Virus record (IMG/VR): IMGVR_UViG_3300028909_000001 | From: a virus | Taxonomy: Duplodnaviria > Caudoviricetes | Length of the DNA stretch: 64,000 bases | Strand: one strand, 5' to 3' | Shown here: in pieces, positions 38,154 to 47,111 of the stretch | How the letters are laid out: every line of letters starts with the position of its first letter | Position numbering within the stretch: position 1 is the stretch's first letter | The notes under the pieces: generated by a model | The model's input: only the letters and a program-made list of their open reading frames with translations | What the model was told of the DNA's origin: nothing | Databases searched by the model: none | Position numbers and translations under genes: made by a program

Positions 38154-38545
38154 CAATAACAAAAAGAGATAATAGATGGTATGATGAAAACAATAATAGT
38201 TGGAATACTGAAGAAGCAGCTACTATCTATTCACCTACTCTAACTAATTGTAGTAATTGTAGTGATTGTATAGGTTGTAGTGATTGTACTGATTGTAGTT
38301 ATTGTAGAGATTGTAGCTATTGTAATAATTGTAGTGATTGTAGTAGTTGTAGAGATTGTATTTATTGTAGTAGTTGTATTAATTGTAGTAGTTGTAGAGA
38401 TTGTAGTAATTGTAGAAGTTGTATTGATTGTAGTAGTTGTAGTAGTTGTAGTTATCATGGTGATTGGATTGATGATAAGAAATATATACCAGAAGTTAGA
38501 CCGTTTATAGATTGTAGAGATAGACTATTAGACCCTTATTTATGA
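38150..38545 (+). CDS. Cys-rich (CxxCxxC)n tripeptide-repeat protein, paralog 2
   Basis: N-terminus nearly identical to 35894 (ITKRxNRWYDENNNSWxTEExATxYSPTLTNC), followed by about 23 Cxx units. Confidence 0.8.
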   Translation: MTITKRDNRWYDENNNSWNTEEAATIYSPTLTNCSNCSDCIGCSDCTDCSYCRDCSYCNNCSDCSSCRDCIYCSSCINCSSCRDCSNCRSCIDCSSCSSCSYHGDWIDDKKYIPEVRPFIDCRDRLLDPYL

Positions 38546-38555
38546 ATATACAATA

Positions 38556-40616
38556 ATGCAATTATTAGAATTAACATTACATAATTATAAGCTGCATAGA
38601 AACAAAACTTTAGCTTTTGAATCTGGTGTAGTAGGAATAGTGGGAGGTAATGCTAGTGGTAAATCTAGTATTATAAGTGCCATTTGTTTCTTATTTACTG
38701 GGGAAATTGATACACCAAAGAAATCAGATTGTATTACATTAGGAGAAACTGAAGGTTGGGTTAAGGGTAAGTTCTTATTAAATGGAAAGGAAGGTACACT
38801 AGAAAGACATTTAACCGGCTCTAAAGTTATATTAACTTATGATGATGTTGTTTATAATAAGACTACTGAAGTTAATCAGCTTTGGAATGACTTGTTACAA
38901 ATAGACAGCACTATCTTTAATAATGTTATAGTAGCTAAACAAGGTGAAATTCAAAGTTTATTCAGTGATGAAACCGTGGTCAGAGAAAAAATATTTCAAA
39001 AAATATTCATGGTTCCTAATACTGATAAAATAAGAAACACAGTTTGGGATAACTATATAAAAGTATGCCCACCAGAGAAATTAGAGGAAGACGTTCAGTT
39101 ACTTATTGTAGATCAGACTAACGTAGCTATCGAACGTAATAAAGCATTGGCCAAAATAGAAGAATATACTATTGAATTAGTAGATGAACATACTTTAAAG
39201 TGTTTCCAGGATAGGATTAATTTTCTTGAAAAGTGTATTACAGACCTGGATAAAAGGCCGGAATTAGAAAATCAGAAAAACTTATATGAAGTAGAAGTAA
39301 GTCAATTACATCAAATTATTATCGATCTTCAAGGTAGTTTAGAAAATTACCAGTCTAGCCTGGAATTACTCAATAAACTTAATGAATTTGTTGAAACTAG
39401 ATCAGTATTTAACAGGAGTCAATCTATAATATCTGAACTGGATGCTATAACTAAAAATATAGATTTAAATTTGTTGGCAGAGAAAAGGAGTGAGCTTATA
39501 GTTGCTGAAGATAGGAAAACTAGTAATTATGATTATCTACTCGAATGTAATGCTGATTTAAAAGAAGTTTTGAAACAGAAAAACAGTTTATTACAATTAA
39601 AGGGTCATGCTAATTGTCCTACTTGTTATCAAGCATTATCGGATGTTCAACCTTTGTTAATTAATCTACAAGTTACTGAAGATGAATTGACTAGAAAAAT
39701 TAATAAAGCTAATACAAGTTATCAAGTAGATTTAAAAGATGTTCAAAGATTGAATATTGAATTGTCTAAATATGATTCTTTGTTATCTAGAAAAGGTTAT
39801 CTAGAACAAGAGCTGGCCAGGACTAAAAAAGTTACTTATTCTGTACAAGAACATACTAATACTCAAACTTTATTAGATGGTAGGCATGATATAGAAGGTG
39901 AATTGACCAAAGCTAATAATAGGTTAATCGAACTTGATGCTGAAATAAGAGTAATTAATGAAAAGTTAAACAATCTGGCTATTTATGATGGAGAGAAATC
40001 AATAGAAGAGGAATTAGCTATATTACAACAAGTTATAGAGAATAATAATACTACTAAAGATAATATAGCTAATCTACAGTTAATTAGTGGTAAATTAGAA
40101 CATGAGCTGACTTTGTTAGAATCTAGAATAGTTCTTAGCCAGAATAATCATACTTATAATATTAGGAGGAAAACCTACTTAGATAAGTTGAATGCTGTTT
40201 ATGATATGTTTGCAGTTCATAAGTTTCCAAGAAAACTGATTGAAACTTATATGGATAATGTACAAAGCTATATCTCTAACTATCTGGATTACTTTGATCT
40301 ACCTTATACTATAGTAGTAAAAGACGGGTTTAGGATTAGGCTATGTGATAGTGCTAAGAGAGTACTACCCACTGTTTCAGGTGGACAAGAGGTAATGATT
40401 GGGTTAAGTTTGAGACTGGCTTTGCATCGAATGTTTGCCAAAGCGTTCCCTATTCTAATAATAGATGAAGGAACAAATCATTTGAGTGAAGTGAATAGGC
40501 AAAATTATTTTAATTTGATTAATGAACTTAGAAAACAAAAGGTTATCAATCAAATTATAGTAATAGATCATGATGTTGGTTTGAGCACAGTAGTTGACCA
40601 ATTAATGGAATTATGA
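38556..40616 (+). CDS. sbcC: SbcC/Rad50-like SMC ATPase
   Basis: GGNASGKSS Walker A, coiled coils, CPTC zinc hook, SGGQ signature and IIDEG Walker B. Confidence 0.93.
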   Translation: MQLLELTLHNYKLHRNKTLAFESGVVGIVGGNASGKSSIISAICFLFTGEIDTPKKSDCITLGETEGWVKGKFLLNGKEGTLERHLTGSKVILTYDDVVYNKTTEVNQLWNDLLQIDSTIFNNVIVAKQGEIQSLFSDETVVREKIFQKIFMVPNTDKIRNTVWDNYIKVCPPEKLEEDVQLLIVDQTNVAIERNKALAKIEEYTIELVDEHTLKCFQDRINFLEKCITDLDKRPELENQKNLYEVEVSQLHQIIIDLQGSLENYQSSLELLNKLNEFVETRSVFNRSQSIISELDAITKNIDLNLLAEKRSELIVAEDRKTSNYDYLLECNADLKEVLKQKNSLLQLKGHANCPTCYQALSDVQPLLINLQVTEDELTRKINKANTSYQVDLKDVQRLNIELSKYDSLLSRKGYLEQELARTKKVTYSVQEHTNTQTLLDGRHDIEGELTKANNRLIELDAEIRVINEKLNNLAIYDGEKSIEEELAILQQVIENNNTTKDNIANLQLISGKLEHELTLLESRIVLSQNNHTYNIRRKTYLDKLNAVYDMFAVHKFPRKLIETYMDNVQSYISNYLDYFDLPYTIVVKDGFRIRLCDSAKRVLPTVSGGQEVMIGLSLRLALHRMFAKAFPILIIDEGTNHLSEVNRQNYFNLINELRKQKVINQIIVIDHDVGLSTVVDQLMEL

Positions 40617-40632
40617 ATAAAGTGAAAGAATT

Positions 40633-40983
40633 ATGAAGAAACCAAAACCAATAACTGTAAGTCAGTTAGATTGGAGTGAGTGTATAGAATATTTGGAGAA
40701 GAAGTATGATTTTGAATCCCGTAATTATGCCAAGTCTAGTTATAGTACGTTCAATACAAAACCTTATCTAGATTTCTGGCATTATATATGTGATTCTCAA
40801 AATCCTTCTAATGGAGGTACTATTTATTTTGATAAAGATAGTTTGGATATATGTAAGTTTAATCATGAAGACAAAGACTTGCCTAAAGAGTTTAGAGGCT
40901 GGCGAGAGAAGATAATTGGGTATATCCTCAACGAATTCGGGGAAGGGAAAAACAAACAATGTGAATTCAAAACTGAATGGTAA
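40633..40983 (+). CDS. Hypothetical protein
   Basis: 116-aa aromatic-rich ORF. Confidence 0.65.
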   Translation: MKKPKPITVSQLDWSECIEYLEKKYDFESRNYAKSSYSTFNTKPYLDFWHYICDSQNPSNGGTIYFDKDSLDICKFNHEDKDLPKEFRGWREKIIGYILNEFGEGKNKQCEFKTEW

Positions 40984-40990
40984 ATTAATT

Positions 40991-41218
40991 ATGAAAATAA
41001 CAACTAATATATATGGCGTTTTCTTTAAAGGAAACAATGGTAAATGGTCTAAGAACCCGGTTTACGAAGAACTAGTAAATGACAGGGAAATTGCTTCTAG
41101 TAGTGGGCTTGAAGAAACAGCCTCACCTAGAAAGCATAGAATAGCTTATAATAAAGCCTCAGCTAGAAATCTACATAAGAAAACCAAGCTTATGCGGATG
41201 GTTTGGGAAGAAGTTTGA
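40991..41218 (+). CDS. Hypothetical protein (likely start ATG 40991)
   Basis: The ATG follows the previous stop with the TAAATTAATTATG context typical of this genome. Confidence 0.55.
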   Translation: MKITTNIYGVFFKGNNGKWSKNPVYEELVNDREIASSSGLEETASPRKHRIAYNKASARNLHKKTKLMRMVWEEV

Positions 41219-41328
41219 TTATATGTTTTTATCTGGAATAATTGTAGGATTCCTGGTTAGACATATTCTATGGTATTCTGATAAGAGAAAAACGTTAGTC
41301 AATCTGTTTAAACATAATAAAGATAAAG

Positions 41329-42795
41329 ATGAACATTAATATAACTAGAGTTGATGGAGCTATTTTAATAGACCCAGCACCTAGTTATATAACATCTTAT
41401 CTACAATATTCACACAGGAGCTTTGGTTTACAAGGCTATAAGAGAGTTAACAAATTCGAAAAGAAAGAATTGTACACCGCAGCTCCTGAAAGTGGTATTA
41501 TCTCCTTTGCTGGGTTTTTTGACAAAGTTTCTAAGTTAATTGAATCAGAGAATGATACTCTGGTAGTAGATGATTGTAGAACATTTGTTAAAGAACCCAA
41601 CTTAGCAGCAGTAAGAGATATTAACTGGGATGGTATAGACAGTACTGGCTTAAGAGACTATCAGATTCCTTTGTTAGTTGAGTTTTTGTATAAAGCTTGG
41701 GCAGGTAACGGTATTTGTTGTGCAGCTGGTGGTGCTGGTAAAACTATATTAATGGCTTGTACTTATGCTGCTTTTCAAGAAATAGGTCCAACTATTATAG
41801 CTATGCCGTTAAAAACTATATTTGATACAACTTATCTTAAATTTACTAAGCTATTTCCTAACAAGCATATAGGTAGAGTAGGTGGTGGTTTTAATGATAT
41901 TTCAAATGATATTACTATAACTACATATAAATCATTAAAAAATGCTTCATTAGAGAAGTGTAAGTTATTGATAATGGATGAGATACAGAGTACTACTGGT
42001 GAGACAACGGTATCTACATTAAGTAGTATTACCCCAGTCAGAATGTTAGGGTTTACAGCTACAGATAAAAACTTGTTTAATGGCGCTGATAAACTGTTAA
42101 AAGGTTTATTTGGTGAAAGATTAATATATTTCCCTTACGCTGATGCTGAAGCTGCCGGTGCTGTAGTTCCTTGTAATGTATATATGGTTAGAGTTCCAGA
42201 TTCTGCTAGATTTAGTGGAGATAGTATGGATGCTAAGCTGATTAGAGGTATAAAAAAGAATGAGGTTAGGAATAAGTTGATAGGTGAAATTTGTAGTTCC
42301 ATTCCTAACAATTGGCAGAGTTTGACGTTTGTAGATCATATTGCTGACCATCTAATTCCATTATACAATTTCATGCCTTCTGGTACTAATTATGTACATA
42401 GGGGTCAGGGTAAGGAATTTGGAGCCTTTTCTTTAAATGTAAAGACTCAAGATAAAAATTTGAATGACTTTAGAGAAGGAAAATATCAACACCTAATTGC
42501 GACAGATGCTTTGAAAGCTGGTTGTGATTTGCCTGAAATTAGAGTAGTAATTCAAGCTAGTGGTGGAACTAGTGAAGTAGAAATATTACAGGAAGCTTAT
42601 AGAGGGGCAAGAACAGCTCCAGATAAAGAAGGTTTTTTCTTAATAGACTTTCTAGATAACCACAATGAAACGCTTGAAAATATGGCCATGAAAAGAATGG
42701 CTATCTATGAAAAACAAGGTTGGAAAGTTAAGATAGTAAATACTCCTAAAGAAATAGATTGGAGTTGGAATAAAGAAGAATTAAAAGAATTATGA
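41329..42795 (+). CDS. uvsW: SF2 DNA helicase (UvsW-like)
   Basis: LRDYQ, GGAGKT, MDEIQ, GFTAT, GCDLP and QxxxRGAR motifs. Confidence 0.85.
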   Translation: MNINITRVDGAILIDPAPSYITSYLQYSHRSFGLQGYKRVNKFEKKELYTAAPESGIISFAGFFDKVSKLIESENDTLVVDDCRTFVKEPNLAAVRDINWDGIDSTGLRDYQIPLLVEFLYKAWAGNGICCAAGGAGKTILMACTYAAFQEIGPTIIAMPLKTIFDTTYLKFTKLFPNKHIGRVGGGFNDISNDITITTYKSLKNASLEKCKLLIMDEIQSTTGETTVSTLSSITPVRMLGFTATDKNLFNGADKLLKGLFGERLIYFPYADAEAAGAVVPCNVYMVRVPDSARFSGDSMDAKLIRGIKKNEVRNKLIGEICSSIPNNWQSLTFVDHIADHLIPLYNFMPSGTNYVHRGQGKEFGAFSLNVKTQDKNLNDFREGKYQHLIATDALKAGCDLPEIRVVIQASGGTSEVEILQEAYRGARTAPDKEGFFLIDFLDNHNETLENMAMKRMAIYEKQGWKVKIVNTPKEIDWSWNKEELKEL

Positions 42796-42798
42796 TAA

Positions 42799-43731
42799 AT
42801 GAACACAATATTGGAACAACAACTTAAGCTTAAATATAATAAGGTTAAAGTTAGTGGAGATTGGTTTTATATCCCTTGTCCTACCTGTGCACCTCATAAT
42901 AAGAATAAAATGAAAAGATATGTGCCAGCAAATGGATATAATAGTGGTTGTTTCATTTGCGGAATTAAACAGGATGTAGCAACTCTGGTAGATGGTTACT
43001 ATATACCTTCTAATCTAGTAATTGAAGAAAAGGAAGAAGTAAGAGAAATAAACCAACTATCTCTGGTTCTTCCATATAATCATGCTATTCCAGTCAATCA
43101 ATTAGCAGAAGATCATCCAGCAATTCAATTCTTGTATAAAGATGAATTGAGAGACCTGGATACTTATGCTAATGAATACAAGATAGTGTTTGTGCCGTTT
43201 GAAGGTGGTAGGAACTTTCATAATGGTAGAACATATATTACTAGTGCTGAGAGACTTATATTCCCGGTATACTTTAATAATAGTCTGGTAGGTTGGCAAA
43301 TGAGAAGTATTCCTGGTACTATATATGGTGATTTGCAAAATGTTGTAAAGTACTACCATCTATTTCATAAAGGTGATTACTTATATAACTATGACAATGC
43401 TAAAAAGTTTAAGCAAGTAATTGTAGTTGAAGGGGTTAAGAAAGCTTTAAAATTCCCTAATAGTGTGGCTACTTGGGGTTGTTGTATATCCAAGAATCAA
43501 TTAAAGTTGATACAAACCTGGCCGGAAGTAGTTATGTTATTAGATTCAGATAAGAATAATGACAATACGCAAAAGATGGCTAATAAGTTTGTTGATAACA
43601 TTAATTTAGGTGGGAGTTCCAAGGCCATAAATATAGATTTAGCAAAATACGATGCTTCTTCACCAGATGACTTACCTAAGGATATCTTGCAAGAAATAGT
43701 TGATAATGAATGGAGGATAAATGTACATTGA
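42799..43731 (+). CDS. dnaG: DNA primase (Zn finger + TOPRIM)
   Basis: CPTC...CFIC zinc ribbon, GWQMR, VVEG and LLDSD TOPRIM motifs. Confidence 0.82.
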   Translation: MNTILEQQLKLKYNKVKVSGDWFYIPCPTCAPHNKNKMKRYVPANGYNSGCFICGIKQDVATLVDGYYIPSNLVIEEKEEVREINQLSLVLPYNHAIPVNQLAEDHPAIQFLYKDELRDLDTYANEYKIVFVPFEGGRNFHNGRTYITSAERLIFPVYFNNSLVGWQMRSIPGTIYGDLQNVVKYYHLFHKGDYLYNYDNAKKFKQVIVVEGVKKALKFPNSVATWGCCISKNQLKLIQTWPEVVMLLDSDKNNDNTQKMANKFVDNINLGGSSKAINIDLAKYDASSPDDLPKDILQEIVDNEWRINVH

Positions 43732-44278
43732 AAATTCGAATACTGCTTTAATAGAGGAATTTTGCTATGAATTTGCTAAACAATGTAATTATGTGCTTAC
43801 TAAGAGTTTAAAAAGCCAGTTATATAATCCAGTTAGTAAAGCATTGGCTATTAGTAGAGAGTTAGAGGTAGAGCCAAAAGTCTATGTAGCAGCTCATGTC
43901 TATTTCTCTCCTTTATTAAAAGGTTATACTAAACTGACTCCAAATCAGCTGTATACTAGAGATTCCAAGACTTATGTTGAAGAATATCTTAAATTTGACA
44001 GACATATAGATAGAGAGTTTGAGACTCAATGTAGAATATTGGCTGAATGCCTGGATAATGGCTGGAAAGAAAGATTAGCTTTATTAAATTCTACTTTAGA
44101 CTTTTTACCCTGGTTTAGAGTATTAATATCTACGGAAAGAGATGAAGAAATTATTAGAGTATATAGTGATGTAGCTACTAATATGTTAAGAAATGATAAA
44201 CCTCTGCTAAACTATCTTAAGACAATTAAATCAGATAGTGGTCAGGGATTGGATTTTTCAAGGTTACCTAGATTATGA
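43721..44278 (+). CDS. Hypothetical protein between primase and helicase
   Basis: 185-aa helical ORF, translationally coupled to its neighbours. Confidence 0.65.
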   Translation: MYIENSNTALIEEFCYEFAKQCNYVLTKSLKSQLYNPVSKALAISRELEVEPKVYVAAHVYFSPLLKGYTKLTPNQLYTRDSKTYVEEYLKFDRHIDREFETQCRILAECLDNGWKERLALLNSTLDFLPWFRVLISTERDEEIIRVYSDVATNMLRNDKPLLNYLKTIKSDSGQGLDFSRLPRL

Positions 44279-46686
44279 ATGATACAAATTTTACTGAGCC
44301 TTTAACCGATGCTGATTTTTCGGAATTGTTGATTAGGCATATGCTATTATCTCCGGAAGTGAGTAATAAAGCTAAACAATTGAATATTGTAGGAGATGAT
44401 TTAGTATTGGATGATACTTATGGTAATCAAGTATATAAAGAGCTGGTAAATATCATTAATAGTATAGATGTTAGACCAGTGCCAGCTAATACATTGTTGG
44501 ATGGCTTAAAACATAAATTTGAGGATGGAACTTTAATTGATAGTTTAAAAGATAATACACTTGAACTATTTGAGTACTTCTATAATGCAGATAGGTTGTT
44601 GGAGAGTCCTGAGTTCTTTGATAGTAGATTGTTACCTTTCCTAAAGAATAGGAGGGCACAGAAGCTTATTAATAAGTATAGGGATGATGTTCATACCTTA
44701 ACCAGTGAATTAAATAAACTCAATTTAGATTTGGCTGGCGATTCTCCTATGAGCAGGCCTAGGGTGATGAATCCTTTTAGTAGTATCATATTCAAGACTA
44801 AGAGTAGTATGATAGGTACAGGTTTAAGTAAGCTGGATGAGAAGTTGGATGGTGGACTATTATCTAGTGAATATGCTATGTTGCTAGGATTTTCAGGTGG
44901 GGGTAAATGTCATGGAAAAGGTACTAAAATATTAATGTATGACGGTTCAATAAAGAATGTTGAAGATATTAAAGTGGGTGAATTACTAATGGGTAATGAT
45001 TCAACATCTAGAGAAGTACTTAGTTTGGCTAGGGGTAGTGAGCAAATGTATAAGGTAATTCCTGTTAAGGGGGAACCTTGGACTTGTAATGAATCTCATA
45101 TCCTTAGTTTAGTATGTAATACTCAATGTGGTTTTGGTTATCAATATGGTAAGGGAAATATAGTTAATATGACAGTTAAGGATTATTGTGCTCTAATAAG
45201 AACTAAGAAAGATTGTCTTAAATTATATCGAATTGGTGTTGATTATCCTGTTAAACCTTTGAATATGGACCCGTATATCTTCGGTTGTTGGATAGGAGAT
45301 GGAACACGAGCAGCACCGAAGATTACAAATACTGATCCAGAAATTATTAGTGTAATGATGGAATGGGCTAAAATCAATAAATATAAGGTCAGACAGTATG
45401 ATATTACTTATTGTTTTAGTAGAAAACCTGAAATAAATATATTTCGTAATGAAATAAAAAGAGCTAATGGTAATAATCAAAAGAGAATTCCTAGTGATTA
45501 TTTGATTAACTCTGAAAGTAATAGGTTGCAGTTATTAGCTGGTATTATAGATACTGATGGATATCTACATCATAACTTTTATGAAGTTGTAACTAAGTAT
45601 GAAGGTTTGAGTCAAGATATTCTTTATTTAGCTAGAAGTTTAGGGTTCGCAGCATATAGTTATCCTAAAATAGCTACTATGAAAAGAGAGGATGGATCAA
45701 TATACAGATGTAAAGTATATAGAGTTAATATAAGTGGACACGTAAATAAAATTCCATGTAAAGTTATTAGAAAGCGGGCTGGGATAAGACAGCAGATTAA
45801 AGATGTATTACATGTTGGTTTTACTGTTGAGCCTATAAACGATAGAGATTATTATGGTTTTGAATTATCAGGTAATCATCTTTATCTTTTGGGGGATTTT
45901 ACAGTAACACATAATACAGCTGTAGGTACTAATATGGTGGGTATATCTGCGGAAATGGGTAGAAAGGCGGTTTATATATCTTGTGAAGAGCATGAAGATG
46001 ATTTAAGCCAAAGATTCTATTCCAGAGTATTTAGAATACCATATAGACAATTAAGACAAGGTAGTGCTAATATAGAATTGGAATCAAAGTTTAATGAAGA
46101 ATTAACTACTGAGAAAATAAAATTTTTAAAAGATAATCTCTGTTTAATGGGTTTAAAGGGGATTGATGGTGCTATAACTCCTAATCTGCTATATGAATTG
46201 TTAAAACAAAACTATGAAGAAACTGGTTTTATACCAGAACTAGTAATGCTAGATCAATTACAATTCATAACTCCAGATGCACCTATAAGAAAGAATATGC
46301 AGACTTATGAGATTGAAGGTATGACTGCAGCTGAGTTAGACCAATTATCACATAAACAAATAGGTGGTAAAGGATTTGTATTGTGGGTACAGCATCAAGC
46401 TAAAGGCAAGACTAGGGCATATTTTACTATAGATGAAATTCAAGGTTATAAAGCAATAGTAAATAAGCCAGACTTGGTTTTAGGTGTAGGCAGAGCTGGT
46501 GATAAAAGTGATGAGATAAACTTGTTTCCTTTAAAAATAAGACATTCAGCTGACTTTAAAATAACTCTTAAGACTGAATTTGAATATATGACAGTAACAT
46601 CCACGTTAGTTACTAATGACTTACCATATCAAAATTCTACCATGACAGAAGTAGATCGTACTGGTATTAGACCAGTCACTTATTAA
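44275..46686 (+). CDS. dnaB: Replicative DnaB/gp41-like helicase containing an intein
   Basis: LDEKLDGGL, GFSGGGK^T Walker A, YISCEE, MLDQLQFI and VQHQ. Confidence 0.9.
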   Translation: MNDTNFTEPLTDADFSELLIRHMLLSPEVSNKAKQLNIVGDDLVLDDTYGNQVYKELVNIINSIDVRPVPANTLLDGLKHKFEDGTLIDSLKDNTLELFEYFYNADRLLESPEFFDSRLLPFLKNRRAQKLINKYRDDVHTLTSELNKLNLDLAGDSPMSRPRVMNPFSSIIFKTKSSMIGTGLSKLDEKLDGGLLSSEYAMLLGFSGGGKCHGKGTKILMYDGSIKNVEDIKVGELLMGNDSTSREVLSLARGSEQMYKVIPVKGEPWTCNESHILSLVCNTQCGFGYQYGKGNIVNMTVKDYCALIRTKKDCLKLYRIGVDYPVKPLNMDPYIFGCWIGDGTRAAPKITNTDPEIISVMMEWAKINKYKVRQYDITYCFSRKPEINIFRNEIKRANGNNQKRIPSDYLINSESNRLQLLAGIIDTDGYLHHNFYEVVTKYEGLSQDILYLARSLGFAAYSYPKIATMKREDGSIYRCKVYRVNISGHVNKIPCKVIRKRAGIRQQIKDVLHVGFTVEPINDRDYYGFELSGNHLYLLGDFTVTHNTAVGTNMVGISAEMGRKAVYISCEEHEDDLSQRFYSRVFRIPYRQLRQGSANIELESKFNEELTTEKIKFLKDNLCLMGLKGIDGAITPNLLYELLKQNYEETGFIPELVMLDQLQFITPDAPIRKNMQTYEIEGMTAAELDQLSHKQIGGKGFVLWVQHQAKGKTRAYFTIDEIQGYKAIVNKPDLVLGVGRAGDKSDEINLFPLKIRHSADFKITLKTEFEYMTVTSTLVTNDLPYQNSTMTEVDRTGIRPVTY
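44908..45915 (+). mobile_element. Intein (336 aa) with a LAGLIDADG endonuclease domain
   Basis: Starts CHGKGTKILMYDG and ends VTHN followed by T. Contains PYIFGCWIGDG and LAGIIDTDG. Confidence 0.95.
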
Positions 46687-46691
46687 ATTTT

Positions 46692-47111
46692 ATGGGAGAA
46701 ACACTTAATGAAGATACCTTATACTATTTCTTATGCCCATTTAAGGATAGGTACTATACGTTATATTTAGGCTGGTTGAATAAGATACTAATTGAAGCTT
46801 TTAGGAAGTTGGGTGAGGAAGAGGGACATATTTATATACAGAGTGAATTTGAACAACATACTTTCATTAATTATATAGACCAGCCCCTTTTCCTCATCGA
46901 ATTTGATAAAGAAGGCATTGAGAAGTATTATAGTGATGACCATGAATTAGAATTAGAGCCGGAAGAAGGAGAGGTTTATAAAGATAATGAACCTGACACT
47001 ATTAATTATCCAGCTTACTTTACTAAAGGTATTGAATCACTTCTAGATTATAAATTAGGCAAACATTTATATGCTAATGTAGAAGGAGAATGGATACAGA
47101 TAAAATTATGA
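46692..47111 (+). CDS. Hypothetical acidic protein
   Basis: 139-aa ORF between helicase and polymerase. Confidence 0.65.
   Translation: MGETLNEDTLYYFLCPFKDRYYTLYLGWLNKILIEAFRKLGEEEGHIYIQSEFEQHTFINYIDQPLFLIEFDKEGIEKYYSDDHELELEPEEGEVYKDNEPDTINYPAYFTKGIESLLDYKLGKHLYANVEGEWIQIKL

Noticed and set aside
36015-38510. Val/Ile-rich and Thr-rich ORFs (36015..36239, 38240..38458, 38280..38510) that look like membrane or mucin-like proteins
   Set aside because: They are alternative-frame or antisense read-outs of the TGT-AGT-GAT Cys repeats.
35894-38545. Diversity-generating retroelement (two similar repeats)
   Set aside because: There is no reverse transcriptase in the window, and the differences between the paralogs are not confined to adenines. 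Simple gene duplication explains it.
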